Notes: a model not told the origin generated them from the letters alone. A stretch of 32,000 nt of DNA from Candidatus Saccharimonadota bacterium (GCA_963677765.1 OY782392.1:30001-62000); one strand, 5' to 3'; shown: positions 1 to 12,231, counted from the first letter of the stretch. Program-made: numbers and translations.

Positions 1-1309
1 CATATCCTCATCCATGAGCTGATTCAACTTCTTCTGCCTTATCAGAATCGAATTTATATTCAAAATCTGTAAAAGTAGTCGTAGCCTTATGAACTCAATG
101 ATTTAAATTAGTTTTAAAAATCTTTTCAATTTTAGCAGTTGTTATTCATGATGGTGAAACTATTTCAATATCATCTCAAACATTAAATCTATTTTTAACC
201 TCTACTCTTACAAGTTTATTTACTTCATCATAATCTCTTAAAATTCAAAGAAACGATTTAGTACCAAAACTACCATTTCTTTCATAGAATTGAGCATTAG
301 CATTAGGATTTCATGCTAGAAAACCTGGTATATATCATCTATTTGCTATTGCAAATAGTTCTTGTGATAATTTTTTAGAATCATATTTTTCTCATCTTTC
401 AACTGCATCAACTGCTTCTCTATAAGCTAATCAAACAGAAGCTAAATAATTAACTGTTTTATTTCTTCATTCTACCTTGAAACTTATTATTCAAGCATCA
501 GCTAAATCATCAATATAATCAATAGCACATAAATCTCTAGAATTCATCAAATATGTACCATATTGATCTTCATCTATCTCCATTATATCTCCAGGTCTAT
601 CTTTTTCCTCTAAATAAAAATTACCAGTTAATTCATCATAATCTTCTGGTCTACCAGTAACTTCTTCTAATTCTGCTTCAGTTCTTTCATCTTTGAAAAC
701 TTTAAATTCCCATCTACATGAATGACTACATGTACCTTGATTAGGATCTCTATTTGATAAATAATTTGAAATTAGACATCTTCAACTATATGCCATACAA
801 ATAGCTCAATGTACAAATGCTTCTAATTCCATTTCTGGAACTTGTTCATGAATTTCTTTCATTTCTCTTAATGAAATTTCTCTTGAAAGTATTATTCTTT
901 TTATACCCAATTTATGCCAAAATTTTGCTTGAGCCCAGTTCGTATTATTAGCTTGTACTGAAAGATGAACTTCAACATCTGGAAATTCAGTTCTAACTAT
1001 ATCAATAAGTCATGGGTCCGACATAATAAATGCATCTGGTCACATGTCTACCATTTTTTTAAATTGAGCCATAAAAGGTTTGATTTTCATATTATGAGCA
1101 TATATATTTGCTGTGAAATATATTTTTTTTCATAAATTATGAGCATAATCTACAGCTTCTTTTAGAGTATCCATAGTAAAAGCATTTGTTCTAGCTCTAA
1201 GAGAAAACATAGGAGCTCCAACATAACATGCGTCAGCTCAATAAGCATATGCAAATTTTAATTTTTCCATATCTCATGCTGGCATTAGTAATTCCAATTT
1301 TTTTGACAT
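1..1309 (-). CDS. Peptidase U32 family protein (collagenase-like/YhbU-type); C-terminus runs off the window
   Basis: ATG is the reverse complement of 1307-1309. The table-25 translation starts MSKKLELLMPAGDMEKLKFAYAYGADACYVGAPMFSLRAR and includes AICMAYSGRCLISNYLSNRDPNQGTCSHSCRW and ISFKVEGRNK, which are typical U32 motifs. It contains many in-frame TGA codons and no TAA/TAG through position 2. Confidence 0.8.
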
Positions 1310-1474
1310 ACTAAAAATATTAATAAATAAAACTAGTTCCTGACTAGCCCTTTTTAGTTTTTCTAAAAAGCTATATCATATTATGAAAAAATAAAAAAAA
1401 TCAAGTTTTTGATATAATATAGTTTTTATGTTATAATATATAAATAAGTAAATAATATAAATAATTTATAATAA

Positions 1475-2689
1475 ATGGGTAATTTTGAAAATAATAATTT
1501 TTGATTTAAAGAAAGTGAATTAAAAAATAATAACTTCAATCCAGAATTAGAAGCTTTTTTAAAAGATAATATTTTAGCAAAAGAAGAAGCTGATATACTA
1601 AATGATATGTTTGAAGAAAATAAAGCATGAATAATACTTGTATCTAAACAAAATCTAAGAAAATTAAGAGAATCAATATGAAGTAACAGTAAAGTTAACT
1701 ATATTAGTTCAAGTGATAAAAATATAATAAACAATATATCTCAAACAGAAAATACAAACTCAAATAAAGATACAGAGCCAAGTTATAATCTGGAACCTAA
1801 AAACAATCATATAGATTCAGAATGATATTTAACAAATGTAACAAAAATAAGATTAGATGAAATAGTTTGACCATCTGAAATGATAAAATTTTCAATAAAA
1901 TTATCTCAAAACAGTTTATATAATAACAATATGGATTGAAATACTTATAATGTTATATGGTGAAAAGATAAAATTTCAGGAAAACAAACTTATATTTTTC
2001 AAGAATGACCTAAAATAGGAGAAAGGGTAATGATAAGTAATGGCGATAAATTATGAGAATATATAGAAACACAAAATAATAATTTAGCACCTGAAACATC
2101 TCAAAGACCAATTCAAAGACCTGAAATTTTAACAAAAGATAATGAAGAATTAAATCAAGATAATCAAGAATTTATAGAGTGATTAGATTTAAATAATCAT
2201 TATAAAGAAATAGCTAAAGAATTTATATCAAAATTAAATTCAAATGAAATATTAACAAAAAATACACCGATAGCCCTAGTAAGTCATCAAAAAAAAGAAA
2301 TGGCATATATAATAAATTGAGAAACTATAATAGTTCCTGTATTATTATGAAAAAACTGAGTTACTAATTGATGATATATACCTAATGATAGAAAAACACC
2401 TATATGAAAAATCCATAGATTTGATCCGGATTTATCAATATTAGCAAATAGCCCTGATTGAGATGCAAGTAATTCTCAAAAATCAAAAACAGTAAAATCT
2501 GCATCTTTACAATCTGAATTATCTATTCAGTATTGATGAAGATATTTCCATTGAGTAGCACAATATAGAATAGACTGAAGAAATAATTGAATGTGAACAT
2601 GGTGATGTGTATGAGTTGATGTTAATACGATAAGAAAAATGTACCAAGATATACAAAGAAATGGTAAATGATATTGATATGTTTCTTAA
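1475..2689 (+). CDS. Hypothetical protein with C-terminal L,D-transpeptidase (YkuD)-like domain
   Basis: Open from ATG 1475 to TAA 2687-2689 with TGA read as Gly. The C-terminus reads TPIGKIHRF...YFHGVAQYRIDGRNNGMGTWGCVGVDVNTIRKMY, resembling the YkuD TPxGxF and His/(S/T)xGC(I/V) catalytic motifs. The N-terminal two thirds are Asn/Lys-rich with no recognisable domain. Confidence 0.5.
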
Positions 2690-2696
2690 ATAAAGT

Positions 2697-2720
2697 CCTA
2701 CTTAAATTGTAGGTCTTTTT
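2697..2720 (+). terminator. Weak intrinsic terminator
   Basis: cctac-ttaaatt-gtagg hairpin followed by tcttttt, a few nt after the stop at 2689. Confidence 0.4.
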
Positions 2721-2746
2721 ACTTGCAAATATTTTTTTTTAGATAT

Positions 2747-2760
2747 AATACGCGCGTATT
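2747..2760. promoter_or_regulatory. 14-bp perfect GC-cored palindrome aatacgcgcgtatt in the ndk promoter/leader
   Basis: Self-complementary and overlaps a tataat-like -10 (2744-2749) downstream of ttgcaa (2723-2728). I noticed no other CGCGCG run while tracking CG dinucleotides across the window. Confidence 0.3.
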
Positions 2761-2783
2761 TATATTATAAAATAAAAAATATT

Positions 2784-3230
2784 ATGGAAACTACATTAAT
2801 ATTATTAAAACCAGATACAGTTGAAAGAGGTTTAATCGGTGAAGTTATTTCTAGATTAGAAAACAAAGGTTTAAAAATCTCAGGTTTAAAAATGATGCAA
2901 TTAGATGATGCTATAGTTAATGAACACTATGATTTCTTAGCTGATAAACCATTTTTTCCAAATATCGTTAAATATATGCAAAGAACTCCTGTAGTTGCTA
3001 TTGCTGCTACTGGTGCTAATGCTATTGCTACAGTTAGAAACTTAACTGGTGCTACTAATCCAGCTGAAGCTCTACCTGGATCTATAAGAGGTGATTTTGG
3101 TTTAACAATAGATGCTAACATAATTCATGCTTCTGATTCTGCTGAAACTGCTGAAAAAGAATTAAATAGATTTTTCAAAGGACAAGACGTATTTAACTAT
3201 ACTAGAGTTATTGACGAAGTTATTTCATAA
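2784..3230 (+). CDS. ndk: Nucleoside diphosphate kinase
   Basis: Intact even under the standard code. METTLILLKPDTVERGLIGEVISRLE...NIIHASDS matches the NDK fold and catalytic His motif (NxxHxSDS). Contains no TGA codon. Confidence 0.95.
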   Translation: METTLILLKPDTVERGLIGEVISRLENKGLKISGLKMMQLDDAIVNEHYDFLADKPFFPNIVKYMQRTPVVAIAATGANAIATVRNLTGATNPAEALPGSIRGDFGLTIDANIIHASDSAETAEKELNRFFKGQDVFNYTRVIDEVIS

Positions 3231-3235
3231 TAAAA

Positions 3236-3265
3236 AAAGACTAAATTTTATTTAGTCTTTTTTTT
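3236..3265 (+). terminator. Intrinsic terminator
   Basis: 11-bp stem aaagactaaat/atttagtcttt with a 3-nt loop, followed by a T-run. Confidence 0.7.
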
Positions 3266-3309
3266 ATTTTTTTATATAATGAAGCGTAATATAAAATAAT
3301 AAAATTAAA

Positions 3310-4770
3310 ATGGCTAAGTTTTATGATACTTTAATTTGAGAATATATTAAGAAACCTTGAAATAGAAACCTATCTCTTGATAAATTAGCTCAAAATGATT
3401 TAAATTATGAAATGATATCGTATAATGATATAACAAATAAATGAAAAAACAATTTTAAAGATGTAGATTTAATTACAGCATCTAAATATTCATGAGAAGA
3501 CGTTATAATAACAAACAAAATATATAAAAAACACCTAGAATTAAATTTAAATAATGAAAAAATAATAAATGAAATAGAACTACCTCTAATGGAGGTTTTA
3601 GTTAATATGGAAATTGACTGAGTAAAGGTAGATAAAAATAAATTATTTGATATTTGAGAATTACTAAAAAAAGAAATTAAAAGATTAGAAGAAGAAATCT
3701 TTATAATATCTGATGAAGAATTTAATATTAATTCTCCAAAACAAGTATGAGAAATTTTATTCAATAAGTTAGCTCTACCGAAAGGAAAAAAAACTAAAAC
3801 TTGATATAGTGTTAATGCAGAAGTTTTATGAGAATTATCGCATGAATTTGAAATAGCTCAAATGATTGTTGATTACAGACATTATTCAAAACTTTTATCT
3901 ACTTATATAGAATGATTATCAAAATTATTAGATTCAAATTGACTATTACATACTAGTTATAACCAAACAGTAACAACAACAGGTAGATTATCTAGTACAA
4001 ATCCAAATCTTCAAAATATACCATCATCTCATTGAATAGCATGAGAAATAAGATCTGCTTTTATATCTAGATTTGAATGATGAAAAATAATAGCAATAGA
4101 TTATTCTCAAGTAGAAGTTAGAATATTAGCTATATTATCAAAAGACGAAAATCTTTTAAATTCATTTAAAAATAATGAAGATATTCATCATAAAACAGCA
4201 GAGTTTATTTTTCCTTGAAAAACAATAACATCCAACGAAAGAAAAATAGCAAAAGCAGTTAACTTTTGAGTAATATACTGAATTAGTTGATTTTGATTAT
4301 CAAAAATGATAGGGAAATCTCTAAAAGAATCTAAAGAATATATAGATAAATTTTTTGAATCGTATCCAAAAGTGAGAAGTTTTCTAGACAATACAATTAA
4401 AAAATGTGAGGAAACATGATATGTAGAAACGATTTTTGGCAGAAAAAGATATATAGCATGAATAAATGATTCTAATAAAATGATAAAATCATGAGCTGAA
4501 AGAGAGGCTATAAATATGCCTATTCAGTGAACAAGTGCAGATATTATTAAAATAGCCATGATAAAAGTATCGAATTACTTAAAAGAAAAAAATCTGAAAA
4601 CAAAAATGATAATGCAGGTTCACGATGAATTAGTTTTTGATACATATCCATGAGAAGAGGATATTATTAAAAATGATGTTATGAATATAATGGAAAATAT
4701 AATAACTAACGAAGATATAAAATTAAAAACAGATATATGAATTGGTAATAACTGGAGAAAAACTATTTAA
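3310..4770 (+). CDS. polA: DNA polymerase I, polymerase (family A) domain only; lacks 5'-nuclease and most of the 3'-5' exonuclease domain
   Basis: 486 codons. Motif A is DYSQVEVRILA, motif B is RKIAKAVNFGVIYGIS (both Gly are TGA) and motif C is QVHDELVF. The N-terminus MAKFYDTLIGEYIKKPG...YSGEDV aligns to the region around the Exo III motif of Klenow fragment. The gene is preceded by the ndk terminator and ends at TAA 4768-4770. Confidence 0.85.
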
Positions 4771-4786
4771 TACTTAAATAAATAAA

Positions 4787-5014
4787 ATGGAATTCTTTTT
4801 TAAAATATTTTATGGAATAATTTTTATAATATTTTGATTATCTATATTGAAATATAGAAAACTAGTACATTCATGGACATGAAACTTTGTATGGGCAGAA
4901 CAATATATATGAAGAGGTTGAACTTATTTTGTATTAGTACTAATATGATTAGGTTTTGTGTTTTTTTGAGCAATTTATCCATTTTGAGGTTTAGAGTTAT
5001 TAACTTCAAAATAA
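4787..5014 (+). CDS. Small hydrophobic (2-TM) hypothetical protein
   Basis: 75 codons. MEFFFKIFYGIIFIIFGLSILKYRK...GGTYFVLVLIGLGFVFFGAIYPFGG gives two hydrophobic segments. There is no homology basis. Confidence 0.4.
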
Positions 5015-5111
5015 AATAACAAATAGACAAGTCATATTTACATAATGTTTTTAAAAAAAATAAAAATATAAGTAGTATTAGGATGTATTTAATTTATAAA
5101 ACAAAAAACAA

Positions 5112-6662
5112 ATGAGGAAATTTTTAAGTATAATGGTATTTATATTACTATCTATAAATATAAATTATACTAATGCTTTGGAAATAGAGTATAGTGAAAA
5201 TGACACAATAAAAATTGAAAATCAAATTAAAAAAGAAGTATCTAGATGAGATGTTTTTATATTCTTCGCTGACTTTTTTAACGCAACACCAAAATCATAT
5301 AAATATATAGATTTAAATTTTGAATGAATTGAAAAGTGATCAGAACTTGAAGATTCTCTTAAAAAATTAGTTTATCATGATAAATTAGATAATACTAAAA
5401 CTAATATATATCCTGAAAAAGATATAAATTCATATGCTTTTTACTACTTATCTAGAGATATTTTAGATATAGATATGAATTTAAATAAATCAACTCTAAT
5501 AAAAAAGAATACAACAGAAGAAGATTTAGTATTTATTAAAAATACATTTAGATATTTAGAAGAAGAAGAAAAAGCATATCTTGAGTATAAAAATTTTAAT
5601 GCTTTATGAAATAAAAAACAAATATTTGATGATGTTTATTCAACAATAACAAATGAACATTATAAAAAAGATGAAATAAATAATGATGATCTAATATATT
5701 CAGCTATAGAATGATTAGCTAATTGAGTATGAGATCAACATACAGTTTATTTCCCACCTGTAGAAAATAAAAGTTTTGCTGAAAACCTAGAATGAGAATA
5801 TGAATGAATTTGAGCATATGTAGAAATGACTAAACCCTGAGAAGTAAAAATAACATCTCCTGTTCCAGGTGGTCCAGCAGAAAAATCAGGTATAAAATGA
5901 TGAGATATAGTAACAAAAGTAAATGAAAAAGAAGTAACTGAAGAAAATTCTCTAGAAGAAGTAACAAGCTGGATAAAATGAAAAAAATGAACTAAAGTTT
6001 CTCTTACTATATTAAGAAAATGAGAAGAAATAAAAATTGATGTAATAAGAGACAAAATAGTAATAAAAAATCTAGAATATAAAAAATTAAATTCTTCAAC
6101 TTTCTATATAAAAATAAAATCATTTGGCAGCCATATATCTAATGATTTTGAAGAATCTCTTCTTGAACTAAAAAAAGATAATAATATTAAAAAAATAATA
6201 ATAGATTTAAGAAATAATTGATGATGATATCTTGATCAAGTTGTTAAAATGCTATGATATGTAATTGATGATTGAGAAAAAGTAGCAGTAGTAAAATATG
6301 ATAAATTCAAACAAAATTATTATGCTAGTTGAGATAATATAGTAGATTTAAGTAAATATGAAATAATAATACTTCAAAATTCATGAACTGCATCAGCATC
6401 TGAAATAATGATTTGAACCCTTAAAGATTATTTTAATGTTTATACAATAGGGGAAAAAACTTATTGAAAATGATCAGTACAAACAATAAAAGAATACAGT
6501 GACTGATCTAGTTTTAAATATACTATAGCTAATTGGTATACTTGATGAAGTGAAACATGAATTGATTGAAAATGAATTGAAGCTGATAAATCAATAGAAC
6601 TAGATATTGAAATGCTAAACAATTGAGAAGATAATCAATTAAATGAAGCTCTTAAAAAATAA
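5112..6662 (+). CDS. Carboxy-terminal processing protease (peptidase S41) with PDZ domain, signal peptide
   Basis: The signal-like N-terminus is MRKFLSIMVFILLSINI. The PDZ region is GIGAYVEM...PVPGGPAEKSGIKGGDIV. The S41 catalytic context is NSGTASASEIMIG (Ser) and TYGKGSVQ (Lys). Many Gly are TGA. Confidence 0.85.
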
Positions 6663-6673
6663 ATAATAAAAAA

Positions 6674-8137
6674 ATGAAATATATTATATGATTATTATTA
6701 ATAATGATGCCAGTAAACATAATGGCATCATATTCAGATATAGATAATAATATATCTAAACTTTATAATGCTTTTTACAGTAAAGTTGAAAAAAAATATA
6801 CAAATGATAAATGATTAAGCTTTTTAATAAAGTTAGATTTAGCAATAAATAATTTACAAAAAAACAAAAAATTATCTAATAGTTCATATAAAAAGTTAAA
6901 TGATTTAGAAAAGTTAAATAACCAAAAAATATTTGAAATTGAATTTACAAATATACAAAGAAACTGACAAGAAGAAATAAATTCTAATGAATTATTTAAA
7001 AATTTTAAAAATAAATCTTATAATAAAGATATTTTAAACCTAGAAAATTGAGTATGGTATAGTTATGATTATAAAAAGTCTTATTATTTTAACAACAATG
7101 ATAAGATAACTTACAATGATCTTATAAAAAACTGAATAAATCCTGAAACAGATTTAATTATTTATTGAGATAATTGAATAGCTTTCGTTAACGAGTTTTC
7201 TAAATTCAAAATAGTTACAGATGATACAATATATTGAATACCAAATAAATTAGAAACTATAAATTTTTTAAAAAAATCAAATAGACACTTAAGAAAAGAT
7301 ATAGATAATGATTTAAGTCTAATAAAAAAAATATCTATTGATATAAATGAAAATCAGACTAATAATGAAGAAATTATAAAAAATATATATTTATATATTC
7401 TTGAAAATATAGAATATTCAAATAATTTTAACTTAGATGATTATGAAATATATTCTTGAGTAGAAACATTTAATAGAAAAAATTGAGTTTGTGAATGATA
7501 TGTTGAGTTATTTAGTTTAATGTTATCATATAACTGAATAAATAGTAGTATTATAAAATGAGATGTTATAGACGCTAATGATTTTCCCAACATAGGTCAT
7601 GCTTGGGTAAAAATAGATGAATATTATTATGATATAACTTTTGATGATCCAATATGAAACACTCAAACTAAAAAATTTGATGAATATGAATATTTTAAAC
7701 TTCCAAAAGATTTATTTTATACTAATAGATATAACTTTTGAGACACCCCTGAAAATTTAAAAAATACATCAATTGAATATAGAAAAAAATTAATTAATGA
7801 AAACTTAACAAATTTAATTGATAAATATAGGAATGATAATTACAATTTATTAAAACCAATAATTTTCAAAAAAGAGAATAACATAGATACTGAAAAAATA
7901 ATTGAAGTAAATGACATATTAAAAATATATAAATATTATAAATTTGAAGATTATAAGATTTATTTTGATAATCAAATAAAAGAAGTTCAATCTCTTAATT
8001 ATACTATACTAGAAGATAATAGTATAAATACATTATTAAAAGAAAAAAATTATAATTTAAGTAATGAAATAATACTTGAATGGATAGATAATTGAACAAA
8101 ACAATATATATTGGTAAATCAAGTCACCTATAGATAA
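6674..8137 (+). CDS. Secreted transglutaminase-like cysteine protease domain protein
   Basis: Signal-like N-terminus. The core is NGVCEGYVELFSLML...IGHAWVKIDEYYYDITFDD, matching a Cys-His-Asp transglutaminase-like triad. Confidence 0.7.
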
Positions 8138-8183
8138 GTATATAAAAAGTATATAATCTTTTGACTTATGCGAATAATAAGTA

Positions 8184-8217
8184 AAATAGACTAAATTAAA
8201 TTTTAGTCTATTTTTTT
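8184..8217 (+). terminator. Intrinsic terminator abutting the next start codon
   Basis: 12-bp stem aaatagactaaa/tttagtctattt with a 6-nt loop and a T-run ending at 8217. The helicase ATG is at 8218. Confidence 0.65.
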
Positions 8218-11200
8218 ATGAATAAAAATATATTTGAGCAAGAGTATAAAAAATTAAATGAAGCACAAAAAGATGCAGTTGATAATATTTATTGACCACT
8301 TATGGTTGTAGCATGACCAGGTACAGGTAAAACACAAATTATTGCACTTAGAACAGCTAATATTATAGATAAATCATGAGCTGATGCTAGTAATATACTA
8401 ATAACAACATTTACAGAAGCATGAGTTATAGCTATCAGAAAAAGATTAGTTAAATTTCTATGACAAGATTGATACAAAGTAAAAGTTTCTACTTTTCATG
8501 CATTTGCATCAGAGGTAATTTCAGATTTTCCAGAAAAATTTTTAGAACAAAGAGCAAAACAAACAATTGATGATATTGAATCTTATGAAATACTAAGTGA
8601 AATATTAGATAAAAAAATTGAATCATGAGAAATAAAAGATTTATTCAATAGTATGGATAAATATGCTTTTTTAAGAGATATAAAAGATAGAATATGAAAA
8701 CTGAAAACAGAATGAATATCTCCAAAATGATTTGATATAATAATAAAAAAACAAGAAAATGAATATAATGAAAGATTGCTAGATTTGGAAAACAACAAAA
8801 GAATAAGAGATTTAGAAAAAAGAAGAAAAAAAGACAAAGATTGATATGATAAACATATAAATAAATTAAAAGAATTAAATCTTATATATAAGGATTATTC
8901 AAAAATAATAAAAGAAAAATGATTTTATGATTTTGCTGACATGATTAATTTTGTAACAGAAAAATTCAAAAATGATGAAGAAATATTAGCTTATTATGCT
9001 GAAAAATTTCAATTCATGATGATTGATGAATTTCAAGATACAAATAACTCTCAAAATCAAATAATAAATTTAATGCTTGATTATTTTCCAGAAGAGCAAA
9101 ATATAATGGTTGTTTGAGATGATGATCAATCTATATATCGTTTTCAATGAGCAAATATAGAAAATATGCTTGATTTCACTAATAGGTATCCTAATACAAA
9201 ACATATAGTATTAGATAAAAATTATAGATCTAGTCAGGATATATTAGATATATCTCAAGAATTAATAGAAAATAATTCACAAAGAATATCGAATAAAATT
9301 GAATGAATAAATAAAAATCTAACTGCTGAATGAAAATACAGAGAATACAAAGAAAATAATCTTTATATTCTTGAAAATGATCTAAAAGAGAAAGAATTTG
9401 TATATAGGGAAATAAAAAAGAAAAACTTAGATGAAGAAACATTTGCCATAATAGTAAAAACAAATAGACAAGTTGAAGAATGGTCATTGTTTTTAAAACA
9501 AAAATGACTGAAAGTAAATTCAAAAAACTCATCTAATATTTTAAATAATCATTATTGCAATTTTTTACTTAATTTTATAAAATTTGTAAATAATCCATAT
9601 TTTGATGATAATATATTACTTGATTTAATAAGAAGTGACTTAATTGATATAGAAAATATAGATGCTATTTACATGTCTAGAAGCTTATATCAAAAAAATT
9701 ATAGTAGAAACAAATATAAACTATGACTATGGGATATAATAAAAGATATAGAAAATGATGAATATGCAGAATTAAAGGATTTAGAAAAGATAGTTAGATT
9801 TAAAGATCTAGTAATAGATTTAAATTCAAGCCTATGAAATTGATGATCTACTAAATTAATAAGAGATATATTAGAAAAATTAGAAATATTAAGTCATGTT
9901 GAAAAAAATGGTAGTTTTGATGACTTACAAGATATTTTTACACTAGTAAATAAAATAAAATGATATATTGAAAACAATAAAGAGATAAGTCTTTCAAATA
10001 TTTCTAATAAATTTGATTTATATAAAAAGTTTAATGTATCAATAGCCAGGGAAAGCATAAAATCTATTAATTCAAATATAGAAATATTAACTGCTCACGC
10101 TTCAAAATGACTTGAATATGATCATGTATTTATACCAGAAGTTTATGAATGAAATTGGAATAGAAAGGCTTTGCCAGATAAATTAAAACTTCCTATTTGA
10201 ATAAGTTGAGATGGCCTTCAATATTCAAATCTTGATGAAAAAGAATACAAAAATCTAGAAAAAGAGATTTCATTAGAAGAAGAAAGAAGACTATTTTTTG
10301 TTGCAATAACAAGAGCTAAAAAATCATTAACCTTTACAGTAGCTTGAACAAAGGAAAACAAAATTTTAATAAAATCTAGCTTTATGGAATCAATAGATTT
10401 AGAAGCTAATGAAATGGATTTAGATATAAATGAGGATGAGTTAAAAAAGATATTAATATCATCAATGACTAATAATAATGAATTAGTAAAAACAAATGAA
10501 GATGAGATTAATTTTATAGCAAAATTCTTAGAAGATTATAAATTATCTCCAACAGATCTAAATAAGTTTTTAGAAAGCCCTAAAACTTTTTTAAGAGAAG
10601 TTATTTTTAGATATCCTTTTTTATCAAATGAAAATTTAGTATTTTGAAGTGTTTATCATAAAATATTAGAAAATACTTATATATCAAAAGAAAAAAATAA
10701 TATCTTAAGTAAAGATGAAATTATAAATTTATTTAAAGAAGAAGTAAATAAATATGATTTATCAAAAGATGAATATGAAAGACTGTTAGAAAGATGAATA
10801 AATTGATTAAATTGATATTATGAAATAATATTAAACAATAAAAGATCTACATTAGAAAATGAGTATAATTTTAGATCTAAAAATGTTATATTTAATTGAA
10901 TTCCTTTAACTTGAAAAGTAGATAAAATAGAATTAATAAATGACAACAACATAGCACTTATAGATTACAAAACAGGTTCTATAAAAACAATATGAGTTAT
11001 CAAATGAATAGATAGATATTGAAACAAAAAAGAAAGCTGATGAAATTACTTAAGACAATTACTATTCTATAAATTAATGTTTGATAATACATCAGAATTA
11101 AATAAGAAATACAATTTAATAGAACTTTGATTAGATTTTGTTGAATGAAAAAAAGGTGAATATAAATATGTAAATGTTGATTATAACGAAGATGAATATA

Positions 11201-11277
11201 ACTATTTCTTGAATGAATTAAAAGAATCATGGGAAAAAATAAATGATTTAGAATTCTGGAAAAATGAATTAAAATAA
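8218..11277 (+). CDS. UvrD/PcrA/AddA-family superfamily-1 DNA helicase with C-terminal PD-(D/E)xK (RecB-type) nuclease domain
   Basis: 1019 codons. Motifs are Walker A VVAGPGTGKT (first Gly is TGA 8314-8316), MIDEFQDTN, VVGDDDQSIYRFQGA, KNYRSS, TAHASKGLEYDHVFI and RRLFFVAITRAKK. The C-terminal GKVDKIEL...IALIDYKTG is a RecB-nuclease motif. Confidence 0.85.
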
Positions 11278-11342
11278 TTTTTTGATTTATATATTAAAAA
11301 ATATATAATTATTTTGTAAAGATTATTATGTAATTTAAATTT

Positions 11343-11798
11343 ATGTGAGATGTAATATGAAGATGAAAATTTCCTAGTGAAGAAGATATTTCAAAAAGAT
11401 CAAAAAAAGAAAATACAAAAAACAATAATTCATCACTAATAAATATTGATGACTTTATAGAAAGAAAATCATCTGATATAAACATAGAACAAGATATACA
11501 AGATTTTTGAGAAGAAATAATTAGAATAATAGATAATATAATTGATAAATGAATAGATAGATATAAATCTAGAGTAAATTCAAATAAACCTTATACAGAA
11601 GAAACAATTAAGATATGGGAAGAAATGTACTATAAATCTAGATGAATAGAAGATTGATTTGATTATATAAATAGTGATCCGGATTGAGATATAGAAATAC
11701 ATTGAGATTATATATTAGAAGCAATAGAAAATATATTATCTCCTTATTCATCTGTAGTTTATGAATATTTATTAAAAAATAATGAAGCAAATAAATAA
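11343..11798 (+). CDS. Hypothetical protein
   Basis: 151 codons open only with TGA as sense. The product is acidic and I recognised no motif. The start choice is uncertain. Confidence 0.4.
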
Positions 11799-12159
11799 TA
11801 CAATAACAATAATATGAGCTAGTAATAAAAAAGAAAGTTTTTGAAACAAAGTATTATTAGATCTAATTAATAAATGATATAAAATCATACCTATAAATCC
11901 AAAATATGAATCAATAGAAGGGATTAAAACATATAAAGATTTAAAATCAATAAGAGAAGATTACTGAATTATATGTTTTATTGTTAATAGTGAAATTACA
12001 GCAAAAATAATAAAAGAAAACACAGATATTATAAAAAATAAATTTTTATGGTTTCAACCATGAAGTTATGATGATAATATCAATAAAATATTAAAAGAAA
12101 TAAATCACAATAACTTTGAATATAAATCATGTATAATGTATAAAAAAATAGAGATATAA
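11782..12159 (+). CDS. CoA-binding domain protein (YccU/YneT-like)
   Basis: 125 codons. MKQINNTITIIGASNKKESFGNKVLLDLINKGYKIIPINPKYESIEGIKTYKDL fits the small CoA-binding Rossmann family. It overlaps the upstream ORF by 17 nt. Confidence 0.6.
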
Positions 12160-12177
12160 AAATCTCTATTTTTTTTT
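12146..12177 (+). terminator. Intrinsic terminator (stop codon lies in the loop)
   Basis: 10-bp stem aaatagagat/atctctattt with loop ataaaa, followed by a T-run. Confidence 0.65.
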
Positions 12178-12231
12178 AAATATGAATAATTTATGTTAAA
12201 ATAATTTATATTAATAAAGAATAATAAAAAA

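Noticed and set aside
1336-1369. Two small hairpins (ctagt-tcctg-actag and ctttttag-tttt-ctaaaaag) in the divergent U32 / L,D-transpeptidase-like intergenic region
   Set aside because: The stems are short, lie in a region that must contain two promoters, and cannot be distinguished from chance inverted repeats in AT-rich DNA. They are noted but not called as features.
3405-3764. Minus-strand track ORFs at 3405-3764, 5747-6055, 8583-8837, 9230-9532, 11000-11230 and 14680-14862
   Set aside because: All are antisense to well-supported plus-strand genes (polA, S41 protease, helicase, ftsH). Their Ile/Leu/Phe/Ser-rich translations are typical of antisense reading of AT-rich coding DNA.
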